Assembly: GCA_963649415.1 (NCBI GenBank)
Contig: CAVJHI010000004.1
Coordinates: forward strand, 2,497-66,496
Source of the DNA: a bacterium
GTDB lineage: Bacteria; Bacteroidota; Bacteroidia; Bacteroidales; UBA932
DNA: 64,000 nucleotides
Direction of reading: 5' to 3'
This document shows positions 56,984 through 64,000 of this stretch, in pieces. The position numbers and the translations under genes were made by a program. The notes under the pieces were generated by a model. It saw nothing but the letters and a program-made list of their open reading frames with translations. It did no database searches and had not been told where the DNA came from. The first letter of the stretch is position 1; each line of letters begins with the position of its first letter.

Positions 56984-59421
56984 AAAAGAAACTGATATAC
57001 TGCATCTGCACCGTCATAGGCCTGCTGGTGCTCTCGTATGCCTATGTACCAGAGGTACTTGGCGGGAAAATCGTCAACCAGAGCGACATCTCCGGCTGGC
57101 AGGGAATGTCCAAGGAAATGATGGACTGGAACGCAGCGCACCCCGACGACCAGACCGCCTGGACGGGCTCGATGTTCGGAGGCATGCCGACGGCATCCAT
57201 CCACGCCTCCACAAAGGGTGACTGGACCCAGGCCATCTACGACTTCCTGCTCACCGGCCGCCGCCCGGCCACATATCTATTCATCTCGCTGCTCGGCGCC
57301 TGGCTGCTGATGCTCTCGCTCGGCATCCACCCGCTCATAGCCATCGGCGGCGCGATTGCCGTCACTTTCTGCTCCTATAATATGCAGATTATCCAGGTCG
57401 GGCACAACACCAAGATGCAGGCGATAGCCTTCCTGCCGTGGGTGCTCGCCGCGCTGATATATACCTACCGCAAGGCGGTGCAGGGCGGGAAACGCTGGCT
57501 CGTATGGTCCGGACTCGGAGCTGCGCTCTTCGCACTTGCGCTGAGCTTCCAGGTCAAGGCCAACCACCCGCAGATTACCTACTACCTCGCGCTTGCGATA
57601 CTTCTCTACGCCATCGTCCTGCTGGTGTGGATACTGAAAGATAAAGAGCGCCGCAAGGCGATGACAGGGCGCTTCTTCGCGGCATCGGCGCTGCTGCTCG
57701 TGCTGGGCTGCACCGGCATCGCCACCAACGCCATCAAGCTGCTCCCGACCTACGAATACACCCCGTACTCTATGCGCGGCGGCTCCTCCGCAGCGAGCGA
57801 AGACGGCAGCGGCACCAAGGGGCTCGACATCGACTATGCCACGGCCTGGTCGTACGGCTGGGAAGAATTGCCTAACCTCCTGATACCTAACTTCAACGGA
57901 GGCTCCTCCGCCGGTGCGGTCAACCCGAGACACTCGCAGACCGTAGAGCTGCTGCGCTCCGCCGGACAGAGCAATCTGCGCGAGACCGCCAAGAACCTGC
58001 CGCTCTACTGGGGACCGCAGCCGTTCACTGCAGGGCCTATGTATATGGGCGCCATCACCGTTTTCCTCTTCATCCTCGGCCTGTTTTGCTACCGCGGCAA
58101 GGAGAAATGGTGGGTGGTCGCAGCAAGCATCCTCGCGGTATTTCTCGCCCTCGGCAGCCATTTCCTCTGGTTTACGAAGCTATTCTACGACTATGTGCCG
58201 TTCTACAATAAGTTCAGGACCGTATCGATGGCCCTCGTGCTGCTGCAGTTCACCCTGCCGGTACTAGCTTTCCTCGTGCTGGACAGGATAGTCCGCAGCG
58301 AGGAGGGGGTCGCGGCATTCCGCAGGCGGGGCTGGATCGCCCTTGCGATTACGGGCGGATTCTGCTTAATCTGTGCGGCGTTCCCGGGGATTGCCGGAGC
58401 CTTTGTCGGGGCTTCCGATGCGAGCTACCCGGACGCTCTCGTGGATGCGCTGGCGGCTGACAGACGCTACCTGCTTGCCACCGATGCACTGCGCTCCGCC
58501 CTGCTGATCGGCGCCGCATATCTCCTGCTGCTCTGGGGTTGCAGTGTGCCCAAGTCGGCGCAGAAGACCTTCGCCACGCAGCCCGAGATGGGATTCAGCC
58601 GACGCAGGACAGCCGCCCTGCTGGTGTGCGTGCTCGTGCTCGGCGACCTTTTCCTCGTGGACAAGAGGTACCTCAGTTCCGAGGACTTCACCACCCCGCG
58701 CAATTTCCAGAGCCAGTTCAACAAACGCCCAGTGGATGAATACATACTCGCCGACACCGACCCGTCCTACCGCGTGCTCGACCTCACGGTCAATGTGTTC
58801 AACGACTCGCACCCGTCCTACTGGCACAAGAACATAGGCGGCTACTCGCCGGCGAAGCTCCAGCGCTATCAGGAATTTATCACCGACACCCTCAGCGGAG
58901 AGATTTCCAGGCTCTACAAAGCCCTCCAGGGCAAGAATACCATAGAGGAAATGGAGGCCGCCCTGCCTTATCTGCCGGGGCTTGCCGAGATGAACTGCCG
59001 CTACATAATCGTGAGCGCGCAGCACCCGCCGCTCCGCTATAGGTATGCACGGGGCAATGCCTGGTTTGCGCTCGGAGCCGAAGGGAGCGCAGAGCTGACC
59101 CATTACGCCCCTAACGAGCTGAAATACAATTACTCATCTGCCACTGGCGGGAAGCTGGTATTCAGCGAAGTATATTATCCGGCTGGATGGAAGCTGACCC
59201 TCGACGACGGAGCCGAGACCCTCGAAATCAAACCTGAAGGCAAGGTGCTCCGCGCAGCCGATGTGCCTGCAGGCGAGCACTGCCTCACTATGCGCTTCGA
59301 CCCTCCGTCCTATGCGATAGGAGAGAGGGTCTCACGTGCAAGTTCTATACTTATACTGCTGGTGGTGCTGGCCGCGGCCGTTATTGCCGTGCTGCCGAAA
59401 TTGTCTGCGTCAAAGCGATAA
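56980..59421 (+). CDS. YfhO-family polytopic membrane protein (GT-C-like glycosyltransferase family)
   Basis: 813 aa, with more than 10 predicted TM segments in the N-terminal 550 aa, a large extracytoplasmic C-terminal domain and a final TM helix. It has an ATGA overlap with the GT4 gene. Confidence 0.75.
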   Translation: MKKKLIYCICTVIGLLVLSYAYVPEVLGGKIVNQSDISGWQGMSKEMMDWNAAHPDDQTAWTGSMFGGMPTASIHASTKGDWTQAIYDFLLTGRRPATYLFISLLGAWLLMLSLGIHPLIAIGGAIAVTFCSYNMQIIQVGHNTKMQAIAFLPWVLAALIYTYRKAVQGGKRWLVWSGLGAALFALALSFQVKANHPQITYYLALAILLYAIVLLVWILKDKERRKAMTGRFFAASALLLVLGCTGIATNAIKLLPTYEYTPYSMRGGSSAASEDGSGTKGLDIDYATAWSYGWEELPNLLIPNFNGGSSAGAVNPRHSQTVELLRSAGQSNLRETAKNLPLYWGPQPFTAGPMYMGAITVFLFILGLFCYRGKEKWWVVAASILAVFLALGSHFLWFTKLFYDYVPFYNKFRTVSMALVLLQFTLPVLAFLVLDRIVRSEEGVAAFRRRGWIALAITGGFCLICAAFPGIAGAFVGASDASYPDALVDALAADRRYLLATDALRSALLIGAAYLLLLWGCSVPKSAQKTFATQPEMGFSRRRTAALLVCVLVLGDLFLVDKRYLSSEDFTTPRNFQSQFNKRPVDEYILADTDPSYRVLDLTVNVFNDSHPSYWHKNIGGYSPAKLQRYQEFITDTLSGEISRLYKALQGKNTIEEMEAALPYLPGLAEMNCRYIIVSAQHPPLRYRYARGNAWFALGAEGSAELTHYAPNELKYNYSSATGGKLVFSEVYYPAGWKLTLDDGAETLEIKPEGKVLRAADVPAGEHCLTMRFDPPSYAIGERVSRASSILILLVVLAAAVIAVLPKLSASKR

Positions 59422-60157
59422 AGTCCTCCACCGAGAGCCGCTCGGCCCTCAGCTCAAACAGCTCCGACGACGTGTCGAAGCCCTCCGGAAGGATGGGCTT
59501 CAGAGCGTTGCGCAGCGTCTTGCGGCGCTGGTTGAACGCGGTCTTGACCACCTGCCTGAAGAGCCTCTCGTCGCAGCCGAGTTCGCTGCGGGAGTTGCGT
59601 CTGAGGCGGATTACTGCCGACTGCACCTTGGGAGGCGGGCAGAATGCCCCCGAGCCCACAGAGAAGAGGTATTCGATGTCGTACCAGGCCTGAAGCAGCA
59701 CTGAGAGTATGCCGTAGGTCTTGGAGCCCGGCTTCTCCGCGATGCGCTCCGCGACCTCCTTCTGTATCATGCACACGACTTCCGGCACGAGGTCCTTGTC
59801 GTCCAGTATCTTGAAGAATATCTGCGAAGAGATGTTGTAGGGGAAATTGCCTATCACGCGGTAGCTGCCGCTGAATAGCTGACGGATATCAAGTTTCAGA
59901 TAGTCAGCCATATAGAGCTTCCCTTCTATGCCGGGGAAGTGAGTAAGAAGGTAGTCCACTGACTCCTGGTCGATCTCCACGAGCCGCAGGTCGATGTCCT
60001 CCCGTTGAAGCAGATACTGCGAGAGCACTCCCATTCCGGGGCCTATCTCCAGCACATCGCGGACTCCGCCGGCGGTGAGCGCGTCCACAATGCCGCGGGC
60101 TATGCTCTGATCGGTCAGGAAGTGCTGTCCGAGGGCTTTCTTTGCGCGAACTTCCAT
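59381..60157 (-). CDS. rsmA: 16S rRNA (adenine1518/1519-N6)-dimethyltransferase
   Basis: KALGQHFL, the SAM motif VLEIGPGMG and NFPYNISS. Confidence 0.95.
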   Translation of the reverse strand: MEVRAKKALGQHFLTDQSIARGIVDALTAGGVRDVLEIGPGMGVLSQYLLQREDIDLRLVEIDQESVDYLLTHFPGIEGKLYMADYLKLDIRQLFSGSYRVIGNFPYNISSQIFFKILDDKDLVPEVVCMIQKEVAERIAEKPGSKTYGILSVLLQAWYDIEYLFSVGSGAFCPPPKVQSAVIRLRRNSRSELGCDERLFRQVVKTAFNQRRKTLRNALKPILPEGFDTSSELFELRAERLSVEDFIALTQTISAARQ

Positions 60158-60161
60158 AGGC

Positions 60162-61235
60162 TTATCCGAGCTTCTCGGCGAGTCGCGAGGCGAGTTCCAC
60201 GAAAGCCACTCCGTCCGGGCGTGAGCTCAGCGCGGCAGGTTCGCCGCAGTCTCCGCTCTCGCGTATGCCCTGCACGAGAGGAATCCTTCCCAGCAGGTCG
60301 ATGCCGAGTTCTTCCGCCATCTTTGCTCCTCCGTCCTTGCCGAAGATGAAATATTTCTCGTCAGGATGCTCTTCCGGAGTAAACCAGGCCATGTTTTCCA
60401 CGAGCCCGTAGATAGGGCGGTTGATACTCTGGTTGCGGAACATGTTCACTCCCTTTTCCACATCGGCGAGCGCCACATTCTGCGGGGTGGTGACTATCAC
60501 CGCTCCCTCCATCGGGATCTCCTGCACAAGGCTGATATGGATGTCCCCCGTTCCAGGAGGCATATCGATGAGCAGGAAGTCGAGCTCTCCCCATTTTACC
60601 TGCAAAATCATCTGTTTGAGGGCGTTGCAAGCCATTGGTCCCCTCCATATGAGGGCCTGCCCCTTCTGTGCGAAGTAGCCAATGGACATCCACTTCACCC
60701 CGTATTTCTCCAGCGGGACAATTACTTCCTTGCCGTCGATTTCCTCGGCATCCGGGGTCATTCCCTCGGTCGCCGTCATCACCGGCACTGACGGGCCATA
60801 GACATCTGCGTCGGCGAGCCCGACCTTGTAGCCGAGCCGTGCGAGGGCGCAGGCGAGGTTGACCGCGACCGTGGATTTGCCGACCCCTCCCTTGCCGGAG
60901 GCCACGCCTATTATGTGCCTGACATTGGTGAGCTGCTCCATTCCGAGCTCGCGTATGTCGTTCTTTTTCTTGGGTTTAACCTCGTCCAACACGACCGTCT
61001 TGACCTCGGACTTGACTTCCGCCGGCAGGTGGCGTATCAGGGCCGCGCGGGCGCTGCCGATGAGGTATTCCGCTAGCGGGTCACGGCGCTTCGGAAAGGC
61101 GAGAGTCACGCAGACTCCGTCCCCGCTGATTGCGATGTCATTGACCATTCCGAGCGAGACGATGTCCTCATCCCTCTTGCCGGGATGGTGCACCTCGCTC
61201 AGAGCCTTGAGTATTTCTTCTTTGCTTATCATCAT
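60162..61235 (-). CDS. apbC: Mrp/NBP35-family Fe-S cluster carrier ATPase (ApbC)
   Basis: It has an N-terminal DUF59 domain, the deviant Walker A (SGKGGVGKST) and a CxxC-like region. Confidence 0.92.
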   Translation of the reverse strand: MMISKEEILKALSEVHHPGKRDEDIVSLGMVNDIAISGDGVCVTLAFPKRRDPLAEYLIGSARAALIRHLPAEVKSEVKTVVLDEVKPKKKNDIRELGMEQLTNVRHIIGVASGKGGVGKSTVAVNLACALARLGYKVGLADADVYGPSVPVMTATEGMTPDAEEIDGKEVIVPLEKYGVKWMSIGYFAQKGQALIWRGPMACNALKQMILQVKWGELDFLLIDMPPGTGDIHISLVQEIPMEGAVIVTTPQNVALADVEKGVNMFRNQSINRPIYGLVENMAWFTPEEHPDEKYFIFGKDGGAKMAEELGIDLLGRIPLVQGIRESGDCGEPAALSSRPDGVAFVELASRLAEKLG

Positions 61236-63217
61236 TTCACGAGATTCATTTCGTCGAGCAGCCAGCCGGCCCCGCCGAATTTATCCATCATAAAAAGTAC
61301 ATATCTGATATCCACGCAGATGCATCTCTGGAGCTCCGGCTCGAAGATTACATCTCCGCTCATCGCCTCCCAGTTGCCGTCGAAGGCGAGGCCGATGAGG
61401 TTGCCGTCGGCATCCATCACCGGGCTGCCGGAGTTGCCTCCGGTGATGTCGAGGTTGGTGAGGAAGCAGGTCACGATTTCACCCTTGCCGTTGGCGTACT
61501 GGCCATAGTCCTTCGCATTGTAGAGCTCCTTGAGCTTCGCGGGCACGCGGAATTCGTAGTTGCCCGGGTCTTCCTTTTCCATCACGCCCTTGAGGGTAGT
61601 GTAGTATTTGTAGATGACTCCGTCCTTAGGCTCGTAGCCCTTGACCGTGCCGTAGGTGAGGCGGCAGGTCATATTGGCGTCCGGGTAGCTCGGGGAGTCC
61701 TTCTGCCACTCCAGCAGGGCGGCAGCGTAGGCCTTGGACGGGGCTTCGAGCTCGTCGGACATCTTCTGGAGATTGGCCGCGAGAGGGGCTATCCTGTCGA
61801 TGTAGGCGTTCCTGAGCACCACTGCCGGGTCGTTCTCAAGATTGACGCCGGCGGCGCGGGCGGCCTCAAGCCTCTCCGCGGAGGTAAAGGCGCTCCCGTC
61901 GAACATCTTGTCTATCATCTCGTCATTGATTTCCAGCCTGCCTTCCGGGGCGGCGTTCTCCAGGTAGTGGCTGACCATTGCGTGCGCCACCTTCCTGTCC
62001 ACTTCGGAATTGTAGTCTTTGTAAACGCCCCCGTCCTTGGCCTTTACGAGGCCGAGCAGCTCGATGCGCCCGATGGTCTCGGAGAGCAGAGTGTAGGCAC
62101 TGTAGCTCGCGGAGCGGCCCTCGGTCACGGCGGCGATGTCGGCCATCGGGTCGCCGTATTTCTTCTCGCGCTTCTTTTTGCCGGCAATCCACGCGCCGAG
62201 TTCGGCTTCCTTCTCCTTTTCCCGCCCGATTACGTCGAGCTTGCCGAAGGCTTCCTTCATCCCTATCCACTTCTTCCATCCGTTGGAGGAGGAGGCATAT
62301 TTGTTGGCGTATTGCAGGCCAACCTTGTCGTCGGCGCGCATTTCCTTCCAGAGCACATCCTGGCGCACCCCGCGGGCTGCGATGCGTATGTCGTTGATGG
62401 CGAGCATCTCCTCCAGCTGGGAGGCGGTCTGGTAGCGCTGCGTGCGTCCAGGGTAGCCCATAATCATCGCAAAGTCACCCTCTTCGACGCCCTTGAGCGA
62501 CACGCTGAGAAACTGCTTCGGAGTCATCGGCACATTGTCCGCGGAGTAGTCCGCAGGCTCGTTGTCGGCTCCGGCATAGACCCTGAACATCGAGAAGTCG
62601 CAGGTGTGGCGTGGCCACATCCAGTTGTCGGTGTCGCCGCCGAATTTGCCGCTGGCTGCAGGCGGAGCGCCCACGAAGCGCACGTCGCGGTAAATTTTGG
62701 AGATGACCAGATATTGCACATTGTCGTTGAAGAAGCTGACAATCTCCGCCACGCAGTTTGGGTTGTCCTTCACGGCCTTTGCAATCAGCGCCTCGCGCGA
62801 CTTCTCATCGTCCGCCTTGCCGCTAACTTCCGTCATTTTCTGCAGGAACTTCACCGTCAGTCCCGGCACAGGGATTTCCTGACTGCGGTCAGCGGCCCAG
62901 TAGCCGTCCTCGAGGTAGTTGTGCTCTTCGGAGGAGAGGGCCTGGATGGAGGCATAGCCGCAGTGGTGGTTGGTCACGAGCAGACCGCTCCCGGAGATGA
63001 GTTCCCCGGTGCAACCCCCGCCGAACTGCACGACGGCATCTTTGATGGACGAATGGTTGATGCTGTAAATCTGGTCCGGAGTGAGCCTGGAGCCCAGATT
63101 GCGCATTGCGTCCGCATTGATTTTCTCAAGCAGCGGCAGCATCCACATACCCTCGTCGGCCCGTGCCGACGGCAGCAGCGCCGCAATCGCGGCGAGCGTA
63201 AGGAGAAACTTCTTCAT
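61232..63217 (-). CDS. S46-family dipeptidyl-peptidase (DPP7/DPP11-like)
   Basis: A signal peptide is followed by the mature N-terminus DEGMWML, the catalytic His region (TNHHCGY) and the Ser region (TGGNSGSPV). The start is the ATG at 63217. The ORF-track extension overlaps rnhB. Confidence 0.9.
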   Translation of the reverse strand: MKKFLLTLAAIAALLPSARADEGMWMLPLLEKINADAMRNLGSRLTPDQIYSINHSSIKDAVVQFGGGCTGELISGSGLLVTNHHCGYASIQALSSEEHNYLEDGYWAADRSQEIPVPGLTVKFLQKMTEVSGKADDEKSREALIAKAVKDNPNCVAEIVSFFNDNVQYLVISKIYRDVRFVGAPPAASGKFGGDTDNWMWPRHTCDFSMFRVYAGADNEPADYSADNVPMTPKQFLSVSLKGVEEGDFAMIMGYPGRTQRYQTASQLEEMLAINDIRIAARGVRQDVLWKEMRADDKVGLQYANKYASSSNGWKKWIGMKEAFGKLDVIGREKEKEAELGAWIAGKKKREKKYGDPMADIAAVTEGRSASYSAYTLLSETIGRIELLGLVKAKDGGVYKDYNSEVDRKVAHAMVSHYLENAAPEGRLEINDEMIDKMFDGSAFTSAERLEAARAAGVNLENDPAVVLRNAYIDRIAPLAANLQKMSDELEAPSKAYAAALLEWQKDSPSYPDANMTCRLTYGTVKGYEPKDGVIYKYYTTLKGVMEKEDPGNYEFRVPAKLKELYNAKDYGQYANGKGEIVTCFLTNLDITGGNSGSPVMDADGNLIGLAFDGNWEAMSGDVIFEPELQRCICVDIRYVLFMMDKFGGAGWLLDEMNLVK

Positions 63218-63221
63218 ATCT

Positions 63222-63839
63222 TTATACATCAAATAAACTCGGTTCCAATGCCTTGGGGTGGAAGGAGCGCCGGTGCTCCGGGGTAAGCCCAAAGCGGCGT
63301 ATCGCCTCGATGTGCTCCGCGGTTGGGTAGCCCATATTCCGCGCCCACCCGTACTCGGGGTAGAGCCTGTCCAGCTCCCTCATCTTCTCGTCCCGGTGGG
63401 TCTTGGCGAGCACCGAAGCGGCGGCGATGGAGGCGTAGGTCGCATCCCCGTGCACGACGGTCGCGTAGCCGTAGCCCTCCATCGGGCGGAAACGGTTGCC
63501 GTCGATGAGCAGGAAGTCCGGCTTCACCGCCAGCCTGTGCACCGCCCTCTGCATCCCCTCCACCGAGGCCCAGAGGATGTTGAGAGAGTCAATCTCTTCC
63601 GCACCCACTTCCTCCACTGCCCAGGCAACGGCCTCTCTCTCAATTACTTCGCGCAGCGTGTCGCGAGCCTTTTCGCTCATCTGCTTGGAGTCGTTGAGCA
63701 GGGGATGGCTGAAGTCCCGGGGAAGTATCACCGCGGCGGCAAAGACCGGTCCGGCAAGCGGCCCGCGTCCCGCCTCGTCGCACCCGGCCTCGATGAGTTC
63801 GGGGTGCATATTCCTCAGTAGATGAATTTCCCGTGGCAT
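63222..63839 (-). CDS. rnhB: Ribonuclease HII
   Basis: AGCDEAGRGPLAGPVFAAAVIL is the catalytic DEDD N-motif. The start may be M1 (63839) or M11 (63809). Confidence 0.93.
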   Translation of the reverse strand: MPREIHLLRNMHPELIEAGCDEAGRGPLAGPVFAAAVILPRDFSHPLLNDSKQMSEKARDTLREVIEREAVAWAVEEVGAEEIDSLNILWASVEGMQRAVHRLAVKPDFLLIDGNRFRPMEGYGYATVVHGDATYASIAAASVLAKTHRDEKMRELDRLYPEYGWARNMGYPTAEHIEAIRRFGLTPEHRRSFHPKALEPSLFDV

Positions 63840-64000
63840 CTAGAAGTTGTAGGAATACAGAACTTCAAATACCTGAGGGGAATAGCTGACCGAAGCGTCG
63901 CTGTCCCCCTTTTCGTTTACGCTCACCCTGCCGCAGCCGAGGTCCAGATACCTCAGGGTGATGCTGCTGTGAGAGCTAAACTTGAGCCCTGCTCCGGCGG
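63840..64000 (-). CDS. 3' end of an outer-membrane beta-barrel-type protein (partial; runs off the right edge)
   Basis: Manual reverse translation ends ...VSYSPQVFEVLYSYNF-stop. Alternating aromatic residues and a terminal Phe are typical of OMP C-termini. The stop is adjacent to the rnhB start. Confidence 0.4.
   Translation of the reverse strand, partial: AGAGLKFSSHSSITLRYLDLGCGRVSVNEKGDSDASVSYSPQVFEVLYSYNF

Noticed and set aside
1-64000. Search for defence systems, toxin-antitoxin pairs, reverse transcriptases, phage or conjugation genes, rRNA and tRNA
   Set aside because: None of the translated ORFs showed the hallmark motifs of restriction or helicase-nuclease pairs, RT, integrase, Cas or relaxase. 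No intergenic region other than those discussed is long enough for a tRNA or rRNA gene.

Overview
This is a 64-kb chromosomal window from a fairly high-G+C Bacteroidota genome, probably Bacteroidales. The signs are a fused SecDF, TAnnTTTG-type -7 promoter boxes, many SpII-type lipoprotein signals, an S46 peptidase, type-B FrdAB and CE15/GH53 CAZymes. Most of it is densely packed housekeeping: floA/nfeD, secDF, dnaE, thiL, glyQS, folK, sufS-sufE-DUF59, ruvA, mnmG, ybeY, tonB, hflX, frdAB, ruvB, mfd, coaX, an lptC/ppiD envelope cluster, galK, ychF, GH53-uxuA-uxuB, galM-thyA-folA, a CE15 esterase, gpsA, mutS, GT4+YfhO, rsmA, apbC, an S46 peptidase and rnhB. I saw no rRNA, tRNA, CRISPR array, transposase, integrase or recognisable defence genes. 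The strongest candidate for something undescribed is a low-G+C cassette at about 34.77-36.46 kb. It encodes an NVEALA-type Cys-rich small secreted peptide, a 6-bladed beta-propeller lipoprotein 17 nt downstream, and possibly a 50-codon micro-ORF. Two copies of the same palindrome bracket the cassette, and the right copy sits exactly where an RND efflux gene is truncated. Other points worth a second look:
- a 200-bp AT-rich intergenic region (ruvB/mfd) with ten DnaA-box-like TCAACA-core 9-mers, a candidate oriC
- a fimbrillin-like lipoprotein with sixteen 26-28-aa Cys-containing LRR-like repeats
- frdAB without the cytochrome b anchor gene
- a 977-aa HExxH + beta-propeller + beta-barrel outer-membrane protein
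- several apparently leaderless housekeeping genes
- a long, possibly structured leader upstream of gpsA.

All calls come from reading the translated ORFs and the DNA by eye. No database search was run.
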